The translations under genes and the position numbers were made by a program. Positions 16,833 to 26,600 of a stretch of 64,000 bases of DNA are shown here, piece by piece. A model generated the notes under the pieces. It searched no databases. It had not been told where the DNA came from and saw nothing but the letters and a program-made list of their open reading frames with translations. This DNA comes from a virus (lineage: Duplodnaviria; Heunggongvirae; Uroviricota; Caudoviricetes; Ackermannviridae), in IMG/VR virus record IMGVR_UViG_2974616520_000001, positions 49,328 through 113,327 of that record; one strand, written 5' to 3'. Position 1 is the stretch's first letter, and the number at the start of each line of letters is the position of its first letter.

Positions 16833-19598
16833 TTACTTAGTGGCGACCAGGTTGCCGCCAATGCTCTGCTCATATTCGCTGTATGCCTGATCAGAAGTTG
16901 CGTCCATGTTGCGAACATCATCCAGGCCCAGAATGAAGGTCTGAACATTGTAGCCTGCATTTTCCAGCGTAGCCTTCATATAATTGATAGCTGCGTTGGC
17001 GCGGCTGATTTCAGTTTTGTACTCCATGAACGCGCCCGTCTTGCTATTGCGACGGAAGGTGATATCCCAGTCGGCATAGATCTTGCCCTGGTACTCACGG
17101 ATTTGCCACTCAACATCACGTCCACTTGATTTCTTTGTTTCTATATTTTTGAGCATCGCCTTGTTGTCCAGCGCTGCACTATCAGGGGCCGCTTTATTGA
17201 TCTCGGCGATCTTTGTATTAACGGCTGTCTGTACATCCTTGGTCAGCTGGGCTGGCTTGTTCAGTGGGAACCCGCGCAACACAATCTGGGGAGAAATATC
17301 GATCGATTGACTGTCGGTGTCATTCGCTCGGATAATCACTTTCACAAGATCATCCGTTTTCCCGTCGCCGCGCATCATGGTGACCTGTACACGCCCCTTG
17401 TTCCCAACGCTCACGCCGCCGGATACTGTTGTAGAAGATGTCACGCCACGGAAGTCTTTTACCTTGGTCAGCGCGTTGCACAGCGCCCGCCAGCGGTCTG
17501 TTGTCATCTCCTGGTCTTGGTTTGGCACGGCCACAGGGTTTGCGTTACCAACGATCTGATCTTTAAAGTCGATGATCTTTTTGACCGCATCCTTCAGCTC
17601 ATCAGCGCTGCTTACAACAACGTCAGCATCACGGGCATATTTCATCCAGGCGTTGTCTGCGAAGTTATTGCTGTCAAGAAGTGTACCCAAAACCCGAGCG
17701 CCTGTCTCAAGACGTGAAACGCTGATCATCAGTTTACCCTGGCCAGCAGGCATAGCACCAAAGATTTTTCGGAACTCAGTACGGATTTCAAAACCCATAC
17801 CCTCCAGAGTAGTTTTGAAACCGTTCCAATCGTTCTGGCTCAGGGGTGCGGGCGTATTGGTCGCATTTTTCTGTTCCTTCTGACGCTTTTCTTCATCTTT
17901 GGTCAGTTTGAGGATACGGTTCAGCACAAACCCCCGGTTACTGGCCTGACCGAGGTCCGTTCCGTCCACGCGGATTTCGCCATAGGATCCGATTTCCACC
18001 ACTCCCACTTTCAATTTCAATGGATTGTAGTTGTCGTTGTCGATCAGAGAAAGCTGCCCGGTGGCGCTCTGAAGTTTCTCATTCATTTCTTTATAGATTT
18101 TCTGGACAACGCCTTCCTCGTAAGGGACTGAATAAGAAGCCGTTGACAGGCGGCTGCCCTTGTCGTTGATCACGTTGGTAGTGATATCAACCTCATTCTT
18201 TCTTTCATTGTAAGTAAGCAATTTGTCAATGGTGTAACCATCGATTTCGCTTCCAAATTTGCGGAAGGTGATCCCCAGTACAGTTGCCGAGTTGCGTTCT
18301 GACACCACAACCAGATCATTAGAGCCGCGCTTGATCTGGGAACCTAAATCGATGGAGGAACCGCCAACTGTCAGGTTTTTGCTAGCCCACCATGCCTCAG
18401 CAGCCCTGGTCATGGTTGCTTTAACATTAGCAGGGATTGGAGGTAACTTGATCTTTTTTGCCAGAGCATCTAACTCTGAATCAGAGACTTCCGCAAAGGT
18501 TCTAGACTTTGAGGAAACGCCGTAATACATGCCGTATACTGGCTTGTTGCTACTTGGCACAACATTGATACCACCGCCATACATACCTGAGTTATCACGG
18601 AATTCTAATATTGGTTGTCCAGCAGGTGCTGTTTTGTTAGACCAACCAATGGCAGTATGAACTAAATTCTTTTCAACATAGTTCATTGTGTCTTTAACGA
18701 AGTCGTCGATAATTTTAGGGAATCGTTTTGGTTCGTTAATGTCAACATATTCAAGCACACCCGCTGCCGGGGGGAATGACAACCATTTCTCTGCTCCAGA
18801 ATCCCAAGCATTAACAGACAACCTCACTGATTGCACACGGCGCGTGATGGACAGAGTGAGTTTGTAACGGTCTGTGACGAAATTTTTGATGAATTCATCA
18901 TTTCCAAACAGTTTACCGCCAGCCGCCTTACTGTAACCAACGAAATTCAGTAGAGCGAGCCACTTGGATTCGGTGAGTTCATTGGATTGTTCAGGAGTGT
19001 TCACACCCACACCAGAACTCACAGGCACATCACCCACTTTGTTCGGGTCATCCCAGGTTACGCCTTTCATTTTCGGCCCGTTGAAGACATCAGCCGGATC
19101 TTTACCCTTGCGGATAACCCACACATAACCGCGCCCGTCATCAGGGGAGAATGTCAGGTCCATAACATTCAGCTTCTGCTTCAGGCCGGACTGACGGATG
19201 ATCTTAGGCAGAAGCTTCAGGCCACGGTCCATCACCTTCTTAGAGAAGTTGATTGCAAAGCCGTCAATGCCTTTACCGATTGGAGTTTCCAGGAACTGTT
19301 TGGTGGCTTCAATCATAGATGCGACGACTTTCATCGGGTTCTTAAAGACCTGATTGGAGTCAAGGTAGGAAGCACCTTTCTTCTGACCGATGAATACCTG
19401 GCGAACGTTCTTACCCAGGCCCGCCGGGGTATAGAACTGAATTCGGAATTCTTTATCATCTTCGTCGTGGAAGGTGAAGAAGATATCGCCTGCTGACTTC
19501 TTACCAAAGGTCAGATCATAGGGCGCAGTATTGAAGGCTTCGGTGACGAGCTTTTGGTCTTCCTGCTCAGTCAAGAAACCAGAAAATGATGGGGTCAT
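16833..19598 (-). CDS. large hypothetical protein (921 aa), no recognisable domain
   Basis: long uninterrupted ORF with ATG 19598; flanked by hairpins (19655-19670 upstream, AGGCC stem at ~16806 downstream). Confidence 0.6.
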   Translation of the reverse strand: MTPSFSGFLTEQEDQKLVTEAFNTAPYDLTFGKKSAGDIFFTFHDEDDKEFRIQFYTPAGLGKNVRQVFIGQKKGASYLDSNQVFKNPMKVVASMIEATKQFLETPIGKGIDGFAINFSKKVMDRGLKLLPKIIRQSGLKQKLNVMDLTFSPDDGRGYVWVIRKGKDPADVFNGPKMKGVTWDDPNKVGDVPVSSGVGVNTPEQSNELTESKWLALLNFVGYSKAAGGKLFGNDEFIKNFVTDRYKLTLSITRRVQSVRLSVNAWDSGAEKWLSFPPAAGVLEYVDINEPKRFPKIIDDFVKDTMNYVEKNLVHTAIGWSNKTAPAGQPILEFRDNSGMYGGGINVVPSSNKPVYGMYYGVSSKSRTFAEVSDSELDALAKKIKLPPIPANVKATMTRAAEAWWASKNLTVGGSSIDLGSQIKRGSNDLVVVSERNSATVLGITFRKFGSEIDGYTIDKLLTYNERKNEVDITTNVINDKGSRLSTASYSVPYEEGVVQKIYKEMNEKLQSATGQLSLIDNDNYNPLKLKVGVVEIGSYGEIRVDGTDLGQASNRGFVLNRILKLTKDEEKRQKEQKNATNTPAPLSQNDWNGFKTTLEGMGFEIRTEFRKIFGAMPAGQGKLMISVSRLETGARVLGTLLDSNNFADNAWMKYARDADVVVSSADELKDAVKKIIDFKDQIVGNANPVAVPNQDQEMTTDRWRALCNALTKVKDFRGVTSSTTVSGGVSVGNKGRVQVTMMRGDGKTDDLVKVIIRANDTDSQSIDISPQIVLRGFPLNKPAQLTKDVQTAVNTKIAEINKAAPDSAALDNKAMLKNIETKKSSGRDVEWQIREYQGKIYADWDITFRRNSKTGAFMEYKTEISRANAAINYMKATLENAGYNVQTFILGLDDVRNMDATSDQAYSEYEQSIGGNLVATK

Positions 19599-19654
19599 GA
19601 TAAATCTCCGTCGGAAAGGCGCTTATTGGTTTGAGTTATTTAGTGAACGAAGAC

Positions 19655-19670
19655 GGGGGCCGCAACCCCC
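19655..19670 (-). other. intercistronic GC-clamped hairpin
   Basis: GGGGG-ccgcaa-CCCCC between stop 19678 and start 19598. Confidence 0.55.
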
Positions 19671-19677
19671 CTGGGGA

Positions 19678-20064
19678 TTAAAGATTTGACGTCATGATTG
19701 AAACAGTGATCCAGTCGACGACACCTTCGTCATCCAGCTTCTCAAGGATACGCTCGATTGCCATGGCCATTTGTTCGTTATCCCAGACCAGTTGCTCTTC
19801 GGTACAACCGTTTTCAACACCGTCCTCAATGTCGGTGATGCGGTAGTTAAGGAAAGCGCCTTCACCAGACACGATAATGGCAAAGCTGTTGAACTCGTCT
19901 TTAGAGACGTCACCCGTCAAGGCCAGACTGATCTTCTCGTTCTGGTCTTTGGTCAGGTAAAGCGCACGAGGCTGGTGACCAGAGGTGAAGTTCCACACAC
20001 CGTAAAAGGTGTGCTCAGGGTCAGTGTTATCAAAGGAAGTGAATTTAGCGTCTGAGTGATTCAT
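19678..20064 (-). CDS. hypothetical protein (~128 aa)
   Basis: ATG 20064 with AGGCAGGA RBS (track start 20085 is TTG). Confidence 0.45.
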   Translation of the reverse strand: MNHSDAKFTSFDNTDPEHTFYGVWNFTSGHQPRALYLTKDQNEKISLALTGDVSKDEFNSFAIIVSGEGAFLNYRITDIEDGVENGCTEEQLVWDNEQMAMAIERILEKLDDEGVVDWITVSIMTSNL

Positions 20065-20130
20065 AGTATAGATCCTGCCTTTCAAGTGAGTTTATTCATG
20101 TGCCCGGTCAGACACATGGTATAAAATCAA

Positions 20131-20448
20131 TCAGAAGTCAAAGGTGAAGAACATGCCGTGCAGTTCTAATTTCACGGTCTTCAGACCTTTACGCATTTCA
20201 CCATTCTGGCGGAAAATTTTGTTATGAAACTCAGCCCAGGTGAGCATGTCAACTTCGGCGAATTCTTTGATCAGGGCTAAAACTGCCAGGAGGCTCAGGC
20301 CGTGGTCACGAGACAGGTTAATCATTTTGACCTGATTCTTGCCGCTGTAATCACTTTCGGCTTTATCGGTCTTACCGATAACTTTCTGGGTGAATGAATC
20401 AAACGCGGTGAATTCGTTGAATGCCCAAACCTGAATTTTAGTAGCCAT
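20131..20448 (-). CDS. hypothetical protein (~105 aa)
   Basis: ATG 20448 with AGGA RBS (track start 20469 is TTG); first gene after early-type promoter. Confidence 0.45.
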   Translation of the reverse strand: MATKIQVWAFNEFTAFDSFTQKVIGKTDKAESDYSGKNQVKMINLSRDHGLSLLAVLALIKEFAEVDMLTWAEFHNKIFRQNGEMRKGLKTVKLELHGMFFTFDF

Positions 20449-20502
20449 TTTAAAGTCCTGTCGTTTCAATCAGGCTGGCACATTGCCGCCCTACTGAGTT
20501 CA

Positions 20503-20533
20503 ATAATACGGCAGTTATTGAACTTAGTAAAGC
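20503..20533 (-). promoter_or_regulatory. T4-early-like promoter (GCTTTACT -35, 17-nt spacer, TATTAT -10) with A/T UP element
   Basis: minus strand TTTTAAATTATTTATTGAAACCGCTTTACTAAGTTCAATAACTGCCGTATTATTGAAC; near-identical to element at 58870-58925. Confidence 0.55.
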
Positions 20534-20549
20534 GGTTTCAATAAATAAT

Positions 20550-21164
20550 TTAAAAGTTTTTTGAGGGCAGGAATGAGCGGAAGTCAGCTACCATGTCAGC
20601 CAGCTTCGGTGACCAGCCGTCAATCAGGGGCTTGATAGCATCGGCTGCAGCCAGGCTGAGCACAACATCATTACCTGCCACTCCATGGTTAGGGAACTGG
20701 GCTACCCAGCTCTTGTAATCGATACCATCAAACGGGATCGGCTTGTGCAGGTATGAGTCACACGTTGCCCCAAAGCCGTCCACGCCCCAGAGGATCACCC
20801 CAGTGGCCGCAACGTTAGACTCTGTCGCAAGGTAGAAGTTGTTCTGGTAAAGCCCCTCAATGACGTAGAGGCCGTTCTGAGGCATCAGTCTGATCTGACC
20901 ATTGGCCGCCATATCCTCAAAGCAGTTGGTCGCATTGTCAACAGATTCCATCGGATCGATCACTGTGGCAAAGTCAGGGTAGCCCACTACAGACATTGCG
21001 AAGAAGGCCTCAATATAAGTCAGCAGCTCACTCTTGGTCAGTGCTGTCTCATGGCGGCGAATAGTCCCTGAGTAATAGGCTTTGATTGTACCGGTTTTAA
21101 CACCCTGGAGGGAAGCCAGGATGAAGAGGTTCTTTAACCCCTTGGGAGTGGCAACGACACGCAT
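20550..21164 (-). CDS. hypothetical protein (204 aa)
   Basis: ORF; ATGA-coupled to upstream gene. Confidence 0.45.
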   Translation of the reverse strand: MRVVATPKGLKNLFILASLQGVKTGTIKAYYSGTIRRHETALTKSELLTYIEAFFAMSVVGYPDFATVIDPMESVDNATNCFEDMAANGQIRLMPQNGLYVIEGLYQNNFYLATESNVAATGVILWGVDGFGATCDSYLHKPIPFDGIDYKSWVAQFPNHGVAGNDVVLSLAAADAIKPLIDGWSPKLADMVADFRSFLPSKNF

Positions 21165-21763
21165 TATTGTATCCTCTTAAGACGTTTCAGGGTGCGTGTG
21201 TTGTCGGCAAGGACGCTGGGGTCAGGTTTGTTAACAACAGGCCGTCCCGCAAATGAAACACACTTTTGCAGATATTTAGCCTTCTTGGTGACGTCCTGAG
21301 CGTACCGGCGCGATGCAGTATTATGGTTGCCGCCTGAGTTATAGGAGGCCAGTGCCTTGCGCAGATTTGAGTTATGGCGGTCCATCCAGTAGTTGACCTC
21401 ATTCAGGGCTGCATTGGCTGCATACCGCTGGTCAGTCATCAATCTGTAGCCCACATCGGCGTAACAGCTTTGGGTCTTGCACCCGGCGCGATCCCCTGTT
21501 GACTTCACCTGGTTCTGGAATGCGCCCAGGTTGGCCCACTTGACCGATTTCCCCATTCTCACGACGTCCTGACCGGCCTTGCTCTCCCGCCAGCTGATTG
21601 CTGCCAGGGTGTAGCCCAGGTCTGACTTCTTTCCAGTCGTGTATGCCCTTGTCATCACGTCTAGTTGCGAACTGGTGAAAGCGACATCACATGATGCGCT
21701 TACTCCTGTGGCAAGGGTAAAGGCCATGATTGCTCCAATGGCCTTCAACTTTGACATAGTCAT
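21164..21763 (-). CDS. lipoprotein lytic transglycosylase (SLT-domain)
   Basis: signal peptide + lipobox (ATGVSASC); SLT motifs ISWRESKAG (E-S) and ASYNSGG (AYNAG-like). Confidence 0.55.
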   Translation of the reverse strand: MTMSKLKAIGAIMAFTLATGVSASCDVAFTSSQLDVMTRAYTTGKKSDLGYTLAAISWRESKAGQDVVRMGKSVKWANLGAFQNQVKSTGDRAGCKTQSCYADVGYRLMTDQRYAANAALNEVNYWMDRHNSNLRKALASYNSGGNHNTASRRYAQDVTKKAKYLQKCVSFAGRPVVNKPDPSVLADNTRTLKRLKRIQ

Positions 21764-21772
21764 CTTACTTCC

Positions 21773-22081
21773 TCATTTCTGTAGCTGTTTCGTATAGCTC
21801 CAACCGAGCCGCCTGTAGTTTTTGATCCTCTTGATGATCATGATTAAAACGTCACCATGGCAGGCTTTCGGGGAGCACCAACAACCCAGAATCTTGCCAT
21901 CCAATTCAAGCAGGTCATCCTCAGTCCAGATCCCTGTTCTGAGGTTTTGTATGACATGCTCTTCGTATTTAGCGATTGAGCCAGTCCTACCATACTCTTC
22001 CACTGTGTACGGGTTCCCCCACTTACTGGGGCGGGCGATGAAGACATCATAGGGCTGGCGTTTAAAATGGACTACGCGCAC
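21773..22081 (-). CDS. DUF4326-family protein
   Basis: 102 aa; conserved FIARPSKWGNPY ... GCWCSPKACHGDVL signature of DUF4326. Confidence 0.5.
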   Translation of the reverse strand: MRVVHFKRQPYDVFIARPSKWGNPYTVEEYGRTGSIAKYEEHVIQNLRTGIWTEDDLLELDGKILGCWCSPKACHGDVLIMIIKRIKNYRRLGWSYTKQLQK

Positions 22082-22389
22082 TTGGCGGGCCGGGGAAGTG
22101 AGAAGAGTTCGTTCAGGCAGTCGGTCATCCCCAGGTAGGCTTCAGAGAACCCATCACCGGAAACATGGGCCGAACCGATGATGAACACACCATCATACTG
22201 CCACACGTTGCTGTCACGGATAAATGTACCGGCTGGAGCAAAGCCGATCTCACCATCGATGATCAGGTCATTGGCTTCAACTCCAACGAAGCGCATACGC
22301 AGCGAGCACAGGAAGTCGGGGTTGGTGGCCATCCAGTCCTCTACAGCTTCCTCAATAGACTCTTGAAAATGAGTAGTCATATTATTCAT
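22072..22389 (-). CDS. hypothetical protein (105 aa)
   Basis: ORF downstream of gp46-like gene. Confidence 0.4.
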   Translation of the reverse strand: MNNMTTHFQESIEEAVEDWMATNPDFLCSLRMRFVGVEANDLIIDGEIGFAPAGTFIRDSNVWQYDGVFIIGSAHVSGDGFSEAYLGMTDCLNELFSLPRPAKCA

Positions 22390-22400
22390 GTTGTAGTACA

Positions 22401-22414
22401 GGGGCTTGCGCCCC
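22401..22414 (-). other. intercistronic hairpin with GCAA (GNRA) tetraloop on mRNA
   Basis: GGGGC-ttgc-GCCCC between gp46 stop (22419) and next ATG (22389). Confidence 0.55.
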
Positions 22415-22418
22415 CGCC

Positions 22419-24740
22419 TCAGTTCTTCTCAATGACAGTGGTCACGCCGTTACGCAGACCGTAGCGGATATTGTTTTCAAAGTACTCCTGGAACTCCTGC
22501 TCGCGCTGACTGATAACGAAGAGGTTATTGCCTCTGAATTTGTTCTTCAGCATCATGACAGCCTCTTGCACGCCGCGCTCGCTCAGGTTCTCAAGGATTT
22601 CATCGAACACCAGTATATTACACTGTACAGACGCTTTGAGGTTAGCGACATCGCGTAACGCCATGGTGATGGCAATATTCAGACGCGCCCGCTGCCCGGT
22701 AGACAGTGAGAAGATAGACTGGCCCTTACGCTCAGGGGACGCCATAATGATCTCAAACGTGTCGTCCATCTGAACCTGGAGGAACATGTTCAGACCTTCC
22801 AGGTACTCGTTCACCTTGCTGTTGAGGAAGGGAAGGTACAGGCTGATGATGTTAGCCTTGGTCTGGTCATCACGCAACTGGAACAACAGGTGCTCATGAT
22901 CCTGACGGGATTCGTCCAGCTCAACCTGGATATCGCTCAGCTGGGTTGAACGGGCTTCCAGGTCTTCAATCGCCTTACGCAGCTCAGTGGTTGAGGTCGG
23001 CTCAATGGCCAGCTTGCGGCGCAGGTCATCCATGTAAGTGCGATGGCCGTCCAGCTTGCTGTGTAGATCACGGAGGCTTGCAATGATCTGGCTGCGACGT
23101 TCCTTAGTCTCCAACAGCTGTAAATCAATGGCTGAGGCAGCGTCGTTCGCACGATGTGCTATTGCGGCGCGTAAGTCTACCACACGACGGTCACGCTCCC
23201 GGAGAATGCCTCTGAGGGCATTATCACCCTGAGCCTTAATGTCATCGATAATGCGCTGCAGCTCACGTGATTTGGTCTCGTGTTCACGCAGGGCAAAGTT
23301 CACCTCAGACAGTTGCTCAAAGACCAGCGCATGTTCAGCCTGATTCTTCTGTACCGCAAGCGAGAACTCTTCAGCCTGGTTTTCCAGGTCTTCCGTCCGG
23401 GCCTGAGCTGCTGCCAGGTTCGCTTCCAGTTCAGTGATCTTAGGCTGGTACTCATCTGAGATACGCGCCTTGGTGTCATCACTGACCAGCTGAGTACAGG
23501 TAGGGCAGGTGCCCATATCATGGAAGCGCTGAATAGAAGCACGATGGCCTTCCAGCTCTGTAGTGAAGCGCGTACAGAAGGTCTCACCCGTCTTCACATT
23601 CTTGTGTGCTTCTGCATACTGTTTTGTCAGATTTTTGCCGTTCTCAAGGATGCGTTCAATCTCTTCCTTCAGCTTTTCCTGATGGGCGACGATACCGGCT
23701 TTGTCAGCATCATGATCTTCTTTGGCGACAATCGCGTTCTGAAGATCCATTTCATTCTGCTGTTCACGCTCAGCCAGCGGTGCCTGGTATGATTCCACCA
23801 GGGCCGCGACTTCCGGCTCGGCAGCATTCACCACTTCCTCGCGCACGGTCTTAGCAGAGTCAGTCAGGTGGTCAATCACCTCATCAACCAACTCGGCATC
23901 TGCATGGGCCTTCTCCACTTCCGCCGTCATCTGTGACTCAACGGTAATGGCAAAGTCTAAGGCATCCTGAGAGTGCTGCTTCAGCTGCTCATTGGCGGCC
24001 TCTGCCTGCTCCAGCTGGGCGTACTTGCCATGCAGCTCAGTGTCGACCATACGCTTGTCCTGATCGGTAGCATTCAGCTGGGCGATGATCTTCTTGATCG
24101 CTGCCTTCACGTCTTCGTTCATGATGGAGAAGAAGCCCAGGTCCCAGATAGTCTCTACCATCAGGCGGCGGTCAGCAGTCATCATCTCACTGAACGGGAT
24201 ATACTTCTCTTTGCCCAGGACGATAGCGTTCTCAAACATCTTCTGATCAACGCCGACGATCTCCTGGATCAGCTTATTGGTGTCGGACTTGGCGGCGTCA
24301 TTCTCAAGAATCTTCCATTCACCATTGACCAGCTTAGAGACCTCGATGAAATCAGGTTTGATGCCCCGGCGCACCTTCCACTCATCACCCTTAGTGAAGA
24401 ATTCAAGTTCAGCCACACAGTCTTTGCGTGACATTGAGTTGACCAGACCGGCCTTCTTTTCACGCTTAGAGTAAGTGTCGTTGAAGAGAACAAAGATCGG
24501 CAACCAGACCATGAGGGTAGACTTACCCGCGCCGTTGTCATCAGAGGTGATGAGCGTGGACGCATTCTTCATGTAGTCGATTTCAATGAACTCATTACCG
24601 ATAGAGCGGAAGTTCTTGGCGCGGCCCTTACGCATGGTGAGTTTGTGGGTAGCGCTCTGGGTTACTGTGAATGGCGCTACAGGAGCCGCTACCGGCGCAC
24701 TCACCTCAGATAGGAAAGACTCAAATAATGTCATGATCAA
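22419..24740 (-). CDS. recombination endonuclease subunit, SbcC/Rad50-like (T4 gp46)
   Basis: 773 aa; Walker A DNGAGKST, long coiled coils, CxxC zinc hook (GTCPTC), C-terminal ABC signature LSTGQ and D-loop VFDE. Confidence 0.85.
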   Translation of the reverse strand: MIMTLFESFLSEVSAPVAAPVAPFTVTQSATHKLTMRKGRAKNFRSIGNEFIEIDYMKNASTLITSDDNGAGKSTLMVWLPIFVLFNDTYSKREKKAGLVNSMSRKDCVAELEFFTKGDEWKVRRGIKPDFIEVSKLVNGEWKILENDAAKSDTNKLIQEIVGVDQKMFENAIVLGKEKYIPFSEMMTADRRLMVETIWDLGFFSIMNEDVKAAIKKIIAQLNATDQDKRMVDTELHGKYAQLEQAEAANEQLKQHSQDALDFAITVESQMTAEVEKAHADAELVDEVIDHLTDSAKTVREEVVNAAEPEVAALVESYQAPLAEREQQNEMDLQNAIVAKEDHDADKAGIVAHQEKLKEEIERILENGKNLTKQYAEAHKNVKTGETFCTRFTTELEGHRASIQRFHDMGTCPTCTQLVSDDTKARISDEYQPKITELEANLAAAQARTEDLENQAEEFSLAVQKNQAEHALVFEQLSEVNFALREHETKSRELQRIIDDIKAQGDNALRGILRERDRRVVDLRAAIAHRANDAASAIDLQLLETKERRSQIIASLRDLHSKLDGHRTYMDDLRRKLAIEPTSTTELRKAIEDLEARSTQLSDIQVELDESRQDHEHLLFQLRDDQTKANIISLYLPFLNSKVNEYLEGLNMFLQVQMDDTFEIIMASPERKGQSIFSLSTGQRARLNIAITMALRDVANLKASVQCNILVFDEILENLSERGVQEAVMMLKNKFRGNNLFVISQREQEFQEYFENNIRYGLRNGVTTVIEKN

Positions 24741-25852
24741 GATCCTACGGAAATTTTGTTTTGAGCAGACGTGTAGAAGAACTCTGCCAGCTTACACACC
24801 CGGTCTTTGCGCTGGATGTTCTGAGACGCATTGATATCGGCCTTAAAGATCTCAATAGCATCCGTGGTGATCATCTCTTCGGTGATCGTCACCTTTTCAC
24901 CCGCGACTGTAACCGTGTTATCAATATAGTTGTAATCAATACATTGAACACGCTTCATTGCGTCACAGAAGGCTTCATAATGCTTCAGGTTGTCACGGTT
25001 GTTGACAACGATCTTAATGATCTGGCCTTTCAGCCCCAGCTCATCCTGTAACCAGGCCGGGTCTTTCCATTTGTCAATGACGTCAGCGCCCATTTTATCA
25101 AACGCATATTCAATGACACGGAAGAGAGTCTGGTTCTTATCGTTTTTGATGAACAGCTCACCACCATCGGTCAGGTCATCAATGAAGAAGCCCCGGTTAT
25201 CCCCGTCCTTGTAATCTTCCCAGGTCAGGTGATACGGCGTTCCCAGGTACTGAATATTATCTTCAAAGGAGCGCGTGTGAAAATGACCTGTATCCACCCG
25301 CTTAAACTTGCTGAGGAGGGCCGGGTCAATCTGACCGTGATCACAAACAGACGATTGGTACATCTTGAAGCCAGCCAGTTCCAGGTGAGAGAAGCAATAC
25401 TCAGCCTGACTATGTTGGATAGCCCCTACGCAGATGTCATAGTTCTCTTTGTTGATCCACGGCAATACCAGCACCTGCTTACCCTCGACGATGAAAGTAG
25501 TAGGCTCGCTCACATAGCAGAAGACATCTGGGGCAATGCTGTTTAGCCACGACGGCCAGTTGAGCCGATTACTCTCTGATAAGGAAATGTCGTGGTTGCC
25601 AACCAGACCGAACCAACGTATCCCGTTGGCGCGGAGTACGGGGACGAGTTCATATTCGATCCAGTGCTTGTCGGCTCCATATAGGAATTTGCGGACGTCG
25701 AAGAAGTCTCCGAATTGCCAGACGGTTTTGATTTCATTTTCAACGATCTCTGGGATGAAGTAGTCAATGAGGTAGGACTTGATAAAATCGCGTAAAAATT
25801 GGGAACCCTGACGGCTCCCAATGTGTAAATCCCCAAGTTTAGCAATTGCCAT
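24737..25852 (-). CDS. recombination nuclease subunit, SbcD/Mre11-like (T4 gp47)
   Basis: metallophosphatase motifs GDLHIG, GNHD; ATGA overlap with gp46-like gene; ATG 25852 (track start 25888 is TTG). Confidence 0.8.
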   Translation of the reverse strand: MAIAKLGDLHIGSRQGSQFLRDFIKSYLIDYFIPEIVENEIKTVWQFGDFFDVRKFLYGADKHWIEYELVPVLRANGIRWFGLVGNHDISLSESNRLNWPSWLNSIAPDVFCYVSEPTTFIVEGKQVLVLPWINKENYDICVGAIQHSQAEYCFSHLELAGFKMYQSSVCDHGQIDPALLSKFKRVDTGHFHTRSFEDNIQYLGTPYHLTWEDYKDGDNRGFFIDDLTDGGELFIKNDKNQTLFRVIEYAFDKMGADVIDKWKDPAWLQDELGLKGQIIKIVVNNRDNLKHYEAFCDAMKRVQCIDYNYIDNTVTVAGEKVTITEEMITTDAIEIFKADINASQNIQRKDRVCKLAEFFYTSAQNKISVGS

Positions 25853-25868
25853 GTCGTAGAGTTCCAGA

Positions 25869-26576
25869 TCAGATTGGGTCGTTATCAACTCCTACAGCAA
25901 CGCCTGATGGCGCGTCGGTGGAATTGGCTGTCTGGCTATTATTACCCGAAGACAGATATAGAGCAAATGCTTTCGGGATCTTGGCTTGCTTAACAGTTTT
26001 GGTCTGGGCTTTGGCCTTCTCACGCTCTTTGGTACGCTGGCGCTCGCGCTTGTCTTCAAAGTTACCCAGGCGCTCACGGAAGTCCATAGCGATGCCTGTG
26101 TTCTCAGTGAAGGTAGAGATGTCCACATCAGCTTCGTCCTGGAATGCAGCAAAACCGCCGACTTCTTCAAATGCTCTCAGCTTCAGATAGGTCTGGCCTT
26201 CTTCGTCGGAGATCTTTTTAGAGAAGCTGCGGTCAGCACACATGGTGACCCAAGAGAAGAAATTGACTTTGTTTTTGATGCCGACGCGTGAAACGTCAAA
26301 GGTGTGGAGGTAGCGGATCATATTGAGGACTGCATCACCGACCATATCTTCGCGGAATGGATAGTCGCGATAGTTGTAGCGGGTACTGGTGCGCTCTGTT
26401 ATGCTTTGGATGGCACGGCCTACGATCTCAGGAACGGCTGGTAACTTAGTCCCATTGGCAATTGCTGCCTTACGCCCTGGGATCCAGTCAACAAGGATAT
26501 CGACGATCAGGTCATTATCTTTGTCCGAGAAATACTTGGCTGACGTATCAGCTCTTTCAACAAAATTCATACCCAT
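25869..26576 (-). CDS. late-transcription sigma factor, T4 gp55-like, with basic C-terminal extension
   Basis: alignable to T4 gp55 (DILVDW vs AIIDW; FDVSR..NFFSWVTMCADRSF vs FDETK..AYITQACFNAF); adjacent to gp47 as in T4. Confidence 0.65.
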   Translation of the reverse strand: MGMNFVERADTSAKYFSDKDNDLIVDILVDWIPGRKAAIANGTKLPAVPEIVGRAIQSITERTSTRYNYRDYPFREDMVGDAVLNMIRYLHTFDVSRVGIKNKVNFFSWVTMCADRSFSKKISDEEGQTYLKLRAFEEVGGFAAFQDEADVDISTFTENTGIAMDFRERLGNFEDKRERQRTKEREKAKAQTKTVKQAKIPKAFALYLSSGNNSQTANSTDAPSGVAVGVDNDPI

Positions 26577-26600
26577 TTTTATTACCCCAATTCAAGTCTG

